Origin: Chiloscyllium plagiosum
Taxonomy: Eukaryota
Reading direction: 5' to 3'
Length of the DNA stretch: 48,350 nucleotides
Assembly (NCBI RefSeq): GCF_004010195.1
Contig: NC_057718.1
Location: 47,057,360 to 47,105,709, forward strand
Shown piece after piece: positions 1 through 12,629 of the stretch (position 1 is its first letter; every line of letters begins with the position of its first letter). The position numbers were made by a program, and so were the translations under genes. The notes beneath the pieces are model-generated. The model made no database searches and was not told the DNA's origin. It saw only the letters and a program-made list of their open reading frames with translations.

Positions 1-338
1 CCTTCACATCAGAGGGCAGTGCTGTGTGATCAAAACAGTGAAGGGGAGGGTAGGGAACACTGCTGTTTATTTTTTTCGGGGAGTCCCTTTTTTTTTTCTT
101 TTTAACCCCCACACTACCACCTAAGTGCGGTAGTTCTCCTATTTTTTTTTCTTCTTTTTTTTCTTTTTTTTTTAGTGCTTATTTTTCCCCCCAGCACCCA
201 TGGTGTGTGTGTGCAGGTGTGAGACACAGTGAAAGACACAAAGTGCACCAATCTTTATTCAAATTCCACCACCAGGAAGATAGGAAAACACCCGAGTGGC
301 CAGTGACAAGCACTGCCCTTCACATCAAAGGGCAATGC
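1..338 (-). mobile_element. Two tandem short 3'-UTR fragments of a non-LTR retrotransposon (L1/Tx1-like)
   Basis: ccttcacatca(g/a)agggca(g/a)tgc occurs at 1-22 and about 317-338; T-rich tracts at 67-185 and ctttatt (aataaag on minus) near 252-258. Family assignment from memory of shark repeats. Confidence 0.4.
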
Positions 339-719
339 AACCATTTCCCTTCTTAGCTGACAAAAGCCTGTTCAGTGAAAGCCCTCCCTTTCCCCTGTGG
401 CATGATATAATTGGTGGAGGCAGAATTAGGCTATTAATTAGCCACTTATGTGTCTCAATAGACTCAAGGATGGTCAGGCTGCCTGATGTCTCCTATCTAC
501 CTTGCTCTACACACCATAATATGGGAGTCAAGTTGGCAGTGAGCAGGCCACCCTTCAATTACACTGGAGGAGCCATAAAATCCGTCTCAAATACAAAGAT
601 TTATACATACATTTGTGGAAAAGAAAGAACCCATTTGTCCCAGCTGTTTGTGCCAGCTGAAAAAGAACTGGCCAAATGAATTCAACTTTCCAGCCAATGT
701 TTCGATGTCCTTTAGGTTT

Positions 720-1045
720 AAGGTACATACCTAAGTATTTTAAAAAATGTGGCAAGGGTTTCTCTACCATCTATTCAGGCCAGATATTCCAGACCTTCAT
801 CAACCACATTTCTCCTCAATTCCCTTCTAATCCTCCTACCAATCATTTTATCTCCACTCCCTGGCTATTCACATTCCTGCTAAAGGAAATGGGTCCTTTC
901 CTATTCACACTAACTCAACTCTTCAAAACTTTGTACATCACAGTGAAATCTCCCCTTGATCTCCTCTACTTCAAAAAAAAACTCCAATCCAATCTTTCCC
1001 TGTAGCCAAAATATTTCATTCCTGGCAACATCCTGTATTAATCAT
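720..1045 (-). mobile_element. Old CR1 LINE 3' fragment
   Basis: Degenerate similarity to the other minus-strand CR1 3' parts in this window (ttgtac...aaatctcccc...ctcctctact...attcctggcaacatcctgt). Confidence 0.5.
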
Positions 1046-1090
1046 TACCCCTTCACTGAGTCCAAGTAATTGTGCTGTACCTATACCTAC

Positions 1091-1181
1091 CATTTCATTT
1101 GATCTTTTTGAAAACAGTAAGCTCCAAATCTTGTCAGAAGACAAACTTGTTTGATTGAACATTAACAACTGTATCCACATC
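1091..1181 (-). CDS. Putative internal coding exon of unidentified host gene (MWIQLLMFNQTSLSSDKIWSLLFSKRSNEM)
   Basis: Acceptor ccttctgtagtttcag|G, donor ATG|gtaggt; 91 bp; only one frame open (phase 2 to 0); matches the phase-2 end of the neighbouring exon 1526-1672. Confidence 0.65.
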
Positions 1182-1525
1182 CTGAAACTACAGAAGGGCA
1201 ACTATTAAGACATTGTGAAATGTACATGTTAATTCTCATTGTTGCAATACACCACAATAACACTCTATATTTGTGTGGATTTATATCTTTAAATCCTCTT
1301 AAGGGGCCATATCCAAAATTGACTAAACCAATTTTAAGCATCCGATATTTCATTTTTTAATAAGTGATTTTCATCTGCCTATATATGTAGTTGTTTTTTG
1401 ATTATAGAGAAATCTTTCTATTTTTACTGATAATTTATTTCACACTTTCATTTTAAGCTGCATTCTATTTGTCATACAAATGGAATTTATTGTGGAAAAT
1501 ATTAAACCATAAATTTGAAAGAAAC

Positions 1526-1672
1526 CTTCGAACTTGTGCAAATATCTTTTTTCCTTTAGGAGGGAGAGCAAAGAGCAGTGTGTTATCTTTGTGATTCAGG
1601 ATCAAACTAAATAAGATACCCATTTTCATGTCTGCTTTGTTTAAACAAAGTAGCACTGACAGTTTCAAGGAG
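1526..1672 (-). CDS. Putative internal coding exon (SLKLSVLLCLNKADMKMGILFSLILNHKDNTLLFALPPKGKKIFAQVRR)
   Basis: Acceptor tattcaatccattttag|C, donor AAG|gtttct; 147 bp, phase 2 to 2; open frame lies within ORF 1465..1749. Confidence 0.6.
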
Positions 1673-2010
1673 CTAAAATGGATTGAATAGATCTCCATGA
1701 TAAATGGAAACAGCGGAAGTGACAGTCCCTTAAGATTGACTAATGGCAAAAAGTTCTGCTTATGGAGGTATCAAACTTGGAGGTGGGAAGGACAATTAAT
1801 TGGACAGTGTGGTGGCGTATCCAATTCTGTTGCATTCCTGCCTCTGCCAGCACTAATATCTAAATGGGGAAGGCCCATGCTTGACTCTTCTTCTTCACTG
1901 GCAACTGAAGCCCTTAAGTGACAAATTCAGGACCATGGAAAGGTCCAGGGTCTAGATTAGAGTGGTGCTGGAAAAGCACAGCAGATCAGGCAGCATCTGA
2001 GGAGCAAGAA

Positions 2011-2046
2011 AATTGACGTTTCGGGCAAAAGCCCTTCATTAGGAAT
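2011..2046 (-). ncRNA. Degenerate minimal hammerhead ribozyme motif in Penelope pLTR
   Basis: Minus strand reads attc-CTAATGA-a-GGGC-tttt-GCCC-GAAAC-GTC; core CUGAUGA has G5 changed to A. Confidence 0.55.
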
Positions 2047-2122
2047 AGAGGCAGGGTGCCTGCAGAGATACATGAGAGGGGGGTGGGGGTGGGGAGAAAG
2101 TAGCATAGAGTACAATAGGTGA

Positions 2123-2462
2123 NNNNNNNNNNNNNNNNNNNNNNNNNNNNNNNNNNNNNNNNNNNNNNNNNNNNNNNNNNNNNNNNNNNNNNNNNNNNNN
2201 NNNNNNNNNNNNNNNNNNNNNNNNNNNNNNNNNNNNNNNNNNNNNNNNNNNNNNNNNNNNNNNNNNNNNNNNNNNNNNNNNNNNNNNNNNNNNNNNNNNN
2301 NNNNNNNNNNNNNNNNNNNNNNNNNNNNNNNNNNNNNNNNNNNNNNNNNNNNNNNNNNNNNNNNNNNNNNNNNNNNNNNNNNNNNNNNNNNNNNNNNNNN
2401 NNNNNNNNNNNNNNNNNNNNNNNNNNNNNNNNNNNNNNNNNNNNNNNNNNNNNNNNNNNNNN
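2123..2462. other. Assembly gap (N run)
   Basis: Run of N inside the G-rich part of the Penelope element. Confidence 1.
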
Positions 2463-3749
2463 AGGGGAGGGTGGGTTTTTCGGGGGCGTGGACCTGACCA
2501 GGTAGTCACAGAGGGAACGGTCTTTGTGGAAAGCAGATAGGAGTGGGGAGGGAAATATATCCCTGGTGGTGGGGTCCGTTTGTGGGTGGCGGAAATGTTG
2601 GTGGATGATGCAGTTTATGCAGAGGTTGGAGGGGTGGAAGGTGAGGACCAGGGGGTTTCTGTCCTTGTTGTGGTTGGAAGGCAGAGGTGGGGACGTGGAT
2701 GAGATGCATTGGAGGGCACCTTCAATACGTGGGAGGGGAAATTACGGTCTTTAAAGAAGGAGGCCATCAGGTGTATTCTGTGGCAGAACTGGTCCTCCTG
2801 GGAGCAGATACGACAGAGGCAGAGGAATTGGGAATACGGGATGTCATTTTTGCAGGAGGTAGGGTGGGAAGAGGTGTAATCCAGGTAGCTGTGGGAGTCG
2901 GTGGGTTTGTAAAAAAAGTCAGTGTCAAGTCGGTCGTCATTAATGGAGATGGAGAGGTCCAGGAAGTGGAGGGAGGTGTCAGAGATGGTCCAGGTGAATT
3001 TAAGCTCGGGGTGGAATGTGTTGGTGAAGTTGATGAATTGCTCAACCTCCTTGCGGGAGCACGACGTGGTGCCGATGCAGTCGTCAATGTAGCGGAGGAA
3101 GAGGTGGGGAATGGGTGCCCATGGCCACCCCTTTGGTCTGGAGGAAGTGGGAGGATTCAAAGGAGAAATTGTTAAGGGTGAGGACCAGTTCAGCAAAACG
3201 AATAAGAGTGTCGGTGGAAGGGTGCTGTTGGGGACATTGGGAGAGGAAGAAACGGAAGGCTTGGACGCCCTGGTCATGGTGGATGGAGGTGTAGAAGGAT
3301 TGGATATCCATGGTGAAGATGAAGAGTTGGGGGCCGGGGAAATGGAATTCTTGGAGGAGGTGGAGGGCGTGGGTGGTGTCTCAAATATATGTGGGGAGTT
3401 CCTGGACTAGGAAAATGCCATCCCGTATTCCCAATTCCTGGACTAGGGGGGATAGGATAGTGTTGAGGTAGGTATAGATGAATTCGGTGGGGCAGGAGCA
3501 CGCTGAGACAATGCTGAGACAATGCAGCCCCATTGAAAGACCCAGTCTGCTGCTACTTGGATTAATTCAGCTGCAGGAACTGGGCGGGACCCCCAATCAA
3601 AATGACCAGTGCCTGAAGGATCTGAACATCACACAAGGATTTGTGTACTGGGAGCCATGACTTTGCCCTGACAACCCTTCTGGCTCTTCCTGCCCACAAA
3701 GTGAGAAACCCATCCCTATTACATCACTGACCTCTTTCCTGAGTGAAAC

Positions 3750-4318
3750 AGAAACAGGACAGTATAACACAGGATCAGGACCTTCAGTCTACCATGTCTG
3801 TGTCAATCACAATGCCATTCTAAACTAATCTCATCTCCCTGCATATTGTTTTAATGCCTCTATTCCTGTCTATGTTTCTGTCTAAATATCTCTTAAATGT
3901 TACTATTTTATCTGCTTCTACTCCTCCCCCTGGCAGTGTGTTCCAGGCATCTACCACCCTCTGTGTAAAACCTTGCCTTGCACAGCATGGTAGCTCAGTG
4001 GTGCCTCACAGCGCCAGGGATCTGGGTTCAATTCCCAGCTCAGGTTGCTGTCTGTGTGGAGTTTGCACATTCTCCCTGTGTCTGCATGGGTTTCCTCCAG
4101 GAGCTCCGGTTTCCTCCCACAATCCAAAGATGTGCATGTTAGGTGAATTGACCATGCTAAATTGCCCATAGTGTCAGGTGCATTAGTCAGGGTAAATATA
4201 GGGTAGGGGAATGGGTCTTCGCAGCGTCGATATGGACTTGTTGGGCCAAATGATCTGTTTTCATACTGTAGGGAATCTAATCTCCTTTAAACTTGTCCTG
4301 TCTCACCTTAAACCTATG
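3750..4318 (-). mobile_element. CR1 LINE 3' end fragment split by an HE1-like SINE
   Basis: ctcttaaatgttact...ctggcagtgtgttccaggcatctaccaccctctgtgtaaaa up to about 3975, resuming cctttaaactt...ctcaccttaaacctatg at 4283-4318. Confidence 0.7.
3980..4282 (+). mobile_element. HE1-like tRNA-derived SINE
   Basis: A-box-like tggtagctcagtgg, B-box-like gggttcaattccc, core gtctgtgtggagtttgcacattctcc, CR1-like 3' tail ending aatctaatct. Confidence 0.85.
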
Positions 4319-5049
4319 TGTGATCCTGGCAGTAAGGGGACCGATGGGGTTGGGGAAGAGGAGAGTCTGGTGTCTTACCTTTGGCAGCATAGTCTTCTCC
4401 AGGGCACCGCTGAGTGCAAAAAATGCCAGCCTCTGGTTAGCCTCACCACTGCCTCATTACATGTGGTTTGGTGGGCCTTCTCTGGGATTGGCAATTCTGT
4501 CTCCCGCTGGCTCTCTGACCAATGGATCAGACCCCCACTGTCTCAACAAGATTCCATTCTATGTGATGGATCACATCCTAAATGAGTCTACCAAAAACGT
4601 AAAAAAAGCTTATCCTCCAAATAAAACCTTCACCTTCCCCAGAAGTTGCTGGGAGGGAGAGAAGGAGGGAAAGGAGTCTAATCCAGTGTAATCACAGACA
4701 GCCTTGGAGAAGAATTTTCTATAAGGCAAGTGAGTCAATCTATGCTGAATCTTATCAGAAAATGCTGACACATTATCCAGATACCCAAATCTTTTCTCAG
4801 CTTAAAGTAATAATAGTTAGCATTTACATCCATAATAGCCTCATCAAATCTTAGTCACTATTCCCATATGATAAACCAAATGCATCTGTAATCTGAAACT
4901 GTAATGAAAGAAAACTTATGGTTGGGACTCACCACCCTTATTCCCGTCTCTTTTTATAAATAAGTCCTGGATTATCTTTATCTTAGTTTTTCTTTATCCG
5001 CCCTTCTTTCCTTGCTAATATCCTGAAGACCTTGACTAGGCATAACCTT

Positions 5050-5800
5050 CTAACTTTTAGAGAATAAAGACCTTATTTGTATAATCTCTCCTCATAATTT
5101 AAGCTTTGAAGTCAAAGCATTATACATGCAAATCCTCATTGAACTCCTTCTGCAGCCAAGACATCCTTCTTAAGATTGGTGCCTAGATCTGCTCACAGTA
5201 CTCTAAGTGTGACTAGAGTTTTGTCTAACTGCAGCATAACACTGCATTGCTATATTCCAGCCCTTTAGATATGAAAGCCAGCATCCTATTAGCCTTTTTG
5301 ACTATTTTCTGAACCTGTTCATGCCATTTTAAAGAGAAATGCAGCTTAACTCCCAAATCTTATTGGACATCCACTGTAGTTAACATTGTGCCTTCTGAAA
5401 AATACGCTGATTTATCCTTTTTTGGTCCAAAATGGATAACCTCACACTTACTTATATTAAGATCCATCTGCCACAGCTTTGCCCATTCACCTAATCTATC
5501 AATATCCTGTTGTAATTTTATGCTGTCATTCAACACTCTACAATGCTACCCAATTTTGTGTCATCAGCAAATTTGGATATTTGACTTTTTACGCCATTAT
5601 CCAAGTCATTAATGAATATTGTGAATAACTGAGGCCTCAAAACGAATCCCTGAGTATCACCATGAGTCATATCCTGCCAGTTTGAGTACTTAGCCATTAT
5701 TCTATATCTCTGTTTCCTGCCACTTAATTTCTAATCCATGTCAGTAATTTACTTTCAATTCCATGGGCTTCTACCTCAGCTAACAGTCTGTTGTGTGAGA
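5050..5800 (-). mobile_element. Old CR1 LINE RT fragment
   Basis: gtgtcatcagcaaattt (KFADDT on minus), atccatctgccac..tttgccca (WAK.WQM), ccaaaatggataacctcacactt (KCEVIHFG). Confidence 0.8.
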
Positions 5801-6213
5801 CTTCAAGACAATGACAGAATGGAATTAAGGTTAATGGGCTGGACTATGCGCTAAAGCTCCTATCATTAACAGTTTGGAATATTTCCTGAACCTGATATCA
5901 TGTTAAGCCTTGAAGTCATGGTTGTTTTAAACAATGAATGGTCATTTCAATTTTTCTACATTTTCTGTGCCAGAATACTGGATCATAGTGAAGATATGGA
6001 CTAGCATTTTAAGACAGTCCTGCAGTGAATTACAAAATAGTCCACAGTCAATAAATTATGAACAGTAGAAGCAGTACAAATTACTTAATGGTAAAAACAT
6101 TACTGATCGAATAGGATTGGTTTGTCAAACATACTCTTCAATTTGCAGCAGATATAAATAATAAAGCAAATTATTATTTGGAAAATTGAAATTCACTTCA
6201 ACTGGCATTGTAG

Positions 6214-6771
6214 TAAGATGGTGATGGAGTAGGATGCTCCAGCCAGAGCTCGTCAGTTCCACCTGTTTCTTTTATCTTTTTCTTTTTTTCTCTCTCTCTT
6301 TTCCTTCCTTCTTGTGGCCTTGGACTCCCAGCCCTGGCCTCCAAAGCAAGGTTAGTGGTCAGCGGCTCGCAGTGGGGATGCCAATGACCAGCAGCCCAAT
6401 GTGAAGTGTGACAGCAGCCAGCAGTCAAACCCCATGGAGGCTACCAATGCTAGTCTGCTACAGAGAGCCCTTGGAGAGAGACTGTGATACTTGTCTTTTT
6501 AACTTTGCATCCTGTTTTTTTCTGACCTATGGCTATACTGTTATAGCTGTAAAGTGACTTTTCTTTCAGTTCTCTACTCAGTAACTAAGGATTGTACCTA
6601 GGTACTCCATACCTAAGATGATGCCATTTGTTGGTGACATTGTTACACTGTAACTATCTGTAAGTGAAGAATGTATCTATGTATCTTTGTATCTAAGATG
6701 GCACTGTAAGTGGTGACTTATAAACTTTAAACTGTACTCATTTAAGTACATGTGACAATTAAGCTAATTCA
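6214..6771 (+). mobile_element. Non-autonomous retroposon with Rex1-like 3' tail
   Basis: Starts aagatgg; internal duplicated ctaagatg...ggtgac unit; ends actgtactcatttaagtacatgtgacaattaagctaattc. Family assignment from memory. Confidence 0.45.
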
Positions 6772-6829
6772 CAATCTTGTGTAGTGACTACAATCATAAA
6801 ATGGTCAATTGACCATCAAGTGCTTTGGT

Positions 6830-7066
6830 GTACAGTGCTCAGTTGGCTGGACAGCAGGTTTGTAATGCAGAGTGATGCCAACAGTGTGGATTCAACTCCC
6901 ACACCAGCTGAGGTTACCATGAAGGTCTCACCTTCTCAACCTCTCCCTTCACCTTAGACATGACCCTCAGGTTAAATCACCACTGTTTTTTCTCTCTCTC
7001 TCTCTCTCTCTCTCTAATGAGAGAGCAGCCCTATGGTCCACCAGGATTGTGGTGACTTTACCTTTA
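6830..7066 (+). mobile_element. tRNA-derived SINE with internal (CT)n
   Basis: gctcagttggctgg A-box-like, ggattcaactccc B-box-like, ctcaggttaaatcaccac body, tail gtgactttaccttta; (CT)n about 6990-7014. Confidence 0.7.
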
Positions 7067-10000
7067 ATCATGTTTTTAAACAATTTGCATGTTGAGTTCT
7101 TTGTCACTTTTCGAACACCACAGCAAAATAGAATAGATGGTAGTGAAAGGGTGAGAATGGATTTCAGTGAAATATGGCAAATGGAAAGAGATAAGAGGGA
7201 GAAATAGAAAAGATTACTGGAGAAAATAGAGAAAACATAGTTTTGAAATATTTTCTTTGTTGTTATGGTATTCACTCCCAGGACCAATCATTCCACTTTT
7301 CTCCTCTACTCAGTAGATTATTCCTAATAGAGAATTCAAGAGTGTGTCCATACTATCCATTGTCTAACTAAGTGATAGTATCAATAGTACAGGTATCATT
7401 TGGACCTCCCTTTTATCTTAATGGGACATCATGGGGATGAATTTATTGGGGCTTTTCCCCTGCAATGTTGTTAAAAACAGCTGCAAAAACCCAGGGGAAA
7501 AAGTCATCTACACCATCATTTCTGTGGCTTTTTCACCACAGTTATAATGAAACATCAGGAGAACCACACCACCCTCCCCCCTCAAATCTGCTTTCCAGAT
7601 AATTTCAAGTATCCCTCTCAAGCACTTCAAAGAAATCTGAGAAAACCTTTTATAGATGAGGCCAAATGCAAATCATTAAGCAGCTTTATTTCATCAATAG
7701 TATACAGCAACAGTCTAAGCAAATTTCACATAACCTCACATCTTTCCTTGAAAAATAGATAAAGATTAGTAAACCTTTCAAAGCAGACTCATTTGTTTTT
7801 TTTGGCATCACCTTCATGTCTAGACGCTTTCCAACTGTTAAAAATGACCTACTGCATTTTTGTTCCTGCTTTGGGCACTGGGCTGAAGCCTTAAACTTTC
7901 TTGTTAGAACCTGATTATCCAATAGTTGTTCTTTCTTTTTCTGAGTAATGATACCATGAAGAGAAGCACAGAACACTTAATTAGAATCAGCCTCACTGCA
8001 ATGGGTCCAAATGGGTATCTGATACAATGTAGGAACATTTTTACGCTGTCTTCAGTGATGGGCCTGACATGAGGTGATAGATTCTTATGCTGTTAGGTGG
8101 AAACAGACTGCGAACTCTGACATTCCTGAAACCAGCTCATACAAATCCTCAATGCCTCCATTTATAAAATAGGCTTTTTACAAACAAATGCAGAAATTCA
8201 TTTAATTCTAAAAATACGTTTAAAAAACTCAATCTCATGAAGGGAAGGAATCAAAAATCCAACATGTAACATTTGGTAATAAAGGAATAGTGGAACTGAA
8301 TCACCAAGAATGGGCAACAAGTAGAAGGGGAAAATGACTCATTACGATGGGCCAGGTAGAGAAAAAAGAAGAAATTGAAAGGCCCTTTTGGTCAGGTGGC
8401 AGAAAACCGATGGGAAAATGGTAGCATGGAAAGTTGCAATTTCAACTGAGGTGGAGAAGAACAGTATTATGGGTTTGGAGGGTGGTTGGAAATGAAGGAG
8501 GTGAGAGAAGAGTATTGATGTGAAATTGGAAGAAGTACTAATTTAATCAAAATAGAAGAGGAGAGTACCAATTTGGAAAGAGGGTGGGAGGGCTACAGGG
8601 AAAAGATGGCCAAAATGACCTGAGACTGTCAGTTGATGGTCTTGTGAACTGTGGACAATGACCTGTTGAAAGTCTAAAAGCAACTTTTCTTTGAAGTTTA
8701 CAAGTATTTAAAATTAACTAAAATGTGTATGTTTTAATATTAAATTCTCATTTTGTTTCTGAAGTGACTTTCAAAGAACACGACCCCCAACCCCTCACCC
8801 AACTTTCTGTCTTTAATTCTGGATATTCCCTTCAGGCTTTAATTATTTTTCCTCCTCAAATGGACAGTGAGGAATATTGCCAAGAGCTTAATTCACATGC
8901 CAATGTAACTACTTACGTGTGTGCTTGGGCGGTTCCTGAGTTGTCAAATATTGCTAGTTTTCAAAGTCAAAAATCAAAACATCTTCAAGCAGCACTATTT
9001 GTGAGGCTTGTTGGAGCATGCATGCATGCATTTGTCAGGCACATAGTTGGAGCACGTAGAAGGATAACTTTGAAGTGTTTCTGACTGAGGTGTATACAAT
9101 ATTTCAAGAAAATAGGGGCATAAAGGTCTAACACGCAAGGAAGAAAACTGAATGGCAACTTATTGCAGACAACTGACAAGTTTTTGGATAGTAAGATGAC
9201 ATTTCATCGAGTTTTATACTGGAGAGCTTGGTTTGTAGCTGACCTGGCCATTGTCTAGTAGCGCATGGCTTTATGTCCAGTATTCTGTATACTTGTACAT
9301 TTACCCCAGTGAAGCAGCCGAGTCCTAAGCTTCCTCACTATGCCTTCCATTGTCTTTTACCATCTCAAACCATGATAAATTTGTGTGCCCAAAGGCTTCA
9401 CCTCCACATGCCGTGATGTTATTGCAACTCACCCCTACAATGGTCCACTATCCTTTTCCTCCTGTTAGTGGCCACCCTAATTAATGGTCCCAGTGCACAA
9501 TGCAGATAGAAAGCAGAGACCTAGTTTCAGTCGAGGTCCGAGTACTGCAGGGGCGCTTCTTGTGAATTGGAAGATCGGATGAGCACACCAACAAGAGGCA
9601 CAGGCCATTTTAATACCTGGACCTCATGTTGGTTTCCCACATCAGACCCTTGGCCAAATGCTGTGTGTGGGAGTGAGAAATCGTGTAATGACAAGCATCA
9701 TCATAGTGCAAAGAACATTCCTGCTCCCATGCCACAGAGAAATCTAAAATCTTCATAGACTCTTGCTTACATGGGTGCCTTCTCAGGATACAATTGGCAG
9801 CAGCTATGCCTAATATGATCAGCACTGCATACTGCTCACAGCCAGAGTTAAGAAAAACAAATCAAGTTGGTCTGACAATATTTCTAGACCCCAGCTTTCA
9901 ATTATTCCTGAGGTTTTTACTGCCTCCAAGTAAGCTTCCCAAACCAAAGAGTAAAAGAAATTGCAGCCAGCAAGAAGGTGCAGCATGAATGTGGAGGTAA

Positions 10001-11565
10001 AGCCACTGCCACAGTTTGAACCTCTAAGCAACCCATACTTGGCAGATAGGAAAGCGTTAAAATCAGAGTTAAAGAATCTACTTCAGAGGAGACACTTTAG
10101 AAGCGAATAGGCATCAAATTAAGATTTAACAAAGACATATTGGAACCACTCAACCACGAAAGTGTTTCTCACAATCATCTGGGAGTAGGTTAGGAATGCT
10201 GTCTCACAGATTAGTCCAAAAACATTTGACATACTATACTTACAGAATCATCCGTAATAGTCAATAGCGCAAACTCCTTCCTGGTTATGTCCTGCCTCAC
10301 CACACATTGGACTCACTGAAGTGGAAACATAGTGATTGATATACATTCAAATAGGAGTGGCATCTTAACATTGATCCCAAATCCCAGGGGGTTTCATGGT
10401 TTCAGAAAAAACATAGGAAAGGGGTTTTTCAGTTAATTACCACTTATGAGCAGCATGGCACACAACATACAGAAATGCCATCCTTACTGAGTTGGAAGGG
10501 GCCTGGTGGACACAGCTACCAGACTAGGATTGCAGAATGTGGTGCAAGAACCAACCTCATCCTCACCAATCTACCAATGACTTAAGTGTCTAACCATGAT
10601 AGTATTAGTAGGAGTGACCACCGCACATTTCTTCTAGAATCTAAGTTCCCTTCTCACTAAAGGTCCCCTCCAACATATTTTGTAGGATAATTAAAGAAGA
10701 AATTTAGGAGCCTCAAAACTGGGCATCCATAAGATGCTGTGGGCCAAAAGCAGCAGCAGAATTGTAGTCTACCACAATTTATAACGTTATAGTCTGGTAT
10801 ATCCTCATTATTACATCACCATCCAGCAAAATAAACTAGTTAAATAGTGTAGAAAAACATGCTAGAAGCAGAACCTCAAGGTAGTACCTGAAAATGAGTT
10901 GCCAATATGGTGAAGCTACAATACACATCCACGTGCACATGAACCAGCTGAAACTGCACACAAAAATCATAACAATCCAATAATCAATGGATAAAATTAA
11001 GGCTCTGCAATTGGACCATGTCCAGTTAATGATAGTGGAAGGAAAAGACTGGAGCTGCCTAGTGGCTGATCCATCTTGTTCTCCTCTTGGTTTCACTACC
11101 ATGACATATGCCAATCTGATTCACTGACATATCATCTGATGTAAAGAAACAGTTGAGTGCAGTAAACCCAGCAAAGGCCACGTGTCCTGACAACATTCTG
11201 GCTGCAGTATTATGAACCTATTCTTCAAAACTCATATCACCTCCTGTGCTTCTCTAGTACAGCTATGTTTCTAGCATCTATCAGACAATGTGGTACATTG
11301 CCAATTATGTCCTTTCCACTAAATGTAGGACAAAGGCAGCCTGGCTAAGTACCAACTATCTTTAGTTGCTTCATCAATGACCTTCTTTCTATCAGAAGGT
11401 TAGAAATCAGTCTGTTGACTGACGATTGTGCATTATGCAGCTCCATTTGTCATTCCGGAGATACTGAAGCAATCCGGGGCTATGCAGCAAGAGCTGGACA
11501 ATATCCAGGCTTGGGCTGATAGTGACAAAAAACATTAACTCCACAAGTACTAACCAATGGCCACA

Positions 11566-11899
11566 ACAACATGATGACTCAGTGGCTAGCACTGCTGCCT
11601 TACAGTGGGCTTGATTCCAGCCTAGGGTGATTGTGTGGAGTTTGCACATTCTCTCCATATCTGCATGGGTGTCGTCTGGGTGCACCGGTTTTCTCGCATA
11701 GTCCAAAGATGTGCACATTAGGCCATGTTAAATTACCCTGTAGTGTCCAGGGATTTGCACGCTAGGTGGATTAGCCATGGGAAATGCCGAGTTATGGGGA
11801 TGGGGAGCTGGGTCTGGGTGGGATGCAGTTCTGAGGGTCAATGTGGACATGATGGGCCGAATAACTTCTTTCCACACAGTAAGTATTCAAGGATTCTAA
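11566..11899 (+). mobile_element. HE1-like SINE
   Basis: actcagtggctagcactgctgcct...tgtgtggagtttgcacattctc...gatgggccgaa...ggattcta; paralogous to 3980-4282. Confidence 0.8.
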
Positions 11900-11972
11900 C
11901 ATCAACAGCAATAATGTAACAATTTTCCTTTGACAAACAACAACATTACCATTGTCAAATCTTCCATTGGCA

Positions 11973-12629
11973 TGTTGGAATTTTCACAAAGCTGGTTTCT
12001 TCTTTCTAAAAGCTGTTCCTTTTCTCAAAGATACAATGTCCTTGGTTTTCTTCAGAGGGGTAATAAACCACCCTCGGTGCTGATTAGTCTGGCTTGGTAC
12101 AGAGATTTAAGGGTATTGAGAGGCCTCTTTGTTTATATGTAAACAGATGAGACTTCAGGCCAAAGTGGTCATGGTTTGGAAGTGACCTGTATAATGAAAG
12201 GGGAGTGGCCAGCTCTCTAGCTGAGCAGTTCAGCCAGAACTAGTTGGGAGCTCAACAGTGAGCTGTGTGGAAACAAAGTCTCTCTCTGTCTCTGTCTCTG
12301 CCCTTCTAACTTCAACCTGTAAGCATCTGTTCCATGTTTTAGCTGTGTTTCAAGAGGGTTTGCTTATTGGGACTGTTGTGTATATTCAGAACAGTATAAT
12401 TAAGTTTAATTTGGAAAGACTGAGTTCTGTAGGGGTTTTTTATTCTGTCCTTTGTGTTTCATTATATAATTTTGTGAATACATTTTTGTCTGTTTTTAAA
12501 ATCTGGTATTCATCCTTGCTAACTTACTCTGGGTAATTTTCACTGTACACTTATTGAAACAAATTGCAAAGTTATGATTTGGGCTTCCTGCTTTAGAATG
12601 TTTTGAGAGGTCTGGCCTAGTCCATAACA
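11973..12629 (+). mobile_element. Solo LTR (probably Gypsy)
   Basis: Begins tgttgga and ends tccataaca (TG...CA with imperfect terminal inverted repeat); TATA-like tgtataa about 12188; no ORF; no clean TSD. Confidence 0.65.

Larger units (their letters stand above)
1948..3512 (-). mobile_element. Penelope-like retroelement, 5'-truncated and internally deleted (RT fragments plus 3' pseudo-LTR), interrupted by an assembly gap
   Basis: Peptides MDIQSFYTSI..LVLTLNNFSFESSHFLQTKGVAMGT and LFLRYIDDCIG..FHPELKFT..FLDLSI..YKPTDSHSYLDYTSSHP..IPYSQFL are typical PLE RT; pLTR-type sequence at 1948-2122. Confidence 0.9.

Noticed and set aside
340..600. Possible MITE-like DNA transposon remnants (also about 1715-1945, 4320-4720, 7440-8250, 13560-13830)
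   Set aside because: Vaguely repeat-like, but I could not define terminal inverted repeats or TSDs.
1162..1353. ORF MKYRMLKIGLVNFGYGP as an exon
   Set aside because: No good splice sites; the flanking exons already join in phase without it.
2039..2509. ORFs with long X runs (also 21232-21703)
   Set aside because: Artefacts of N gaps.
3980..4060. tRNA genes at SINE heads
   Set aside because: Only A/B-box remnants of tRNA-derived SINEs; no cloverleaf.
7686..7976. Lys-rich minus-strand ORF as an exon
   Set aside because: Weak donor, no clear acceptor, no recognisable homology.
8300..10400. Unassigned region as a decayed transposase or gene
   Set aside because: No diagnostic motif found in the frames I read.
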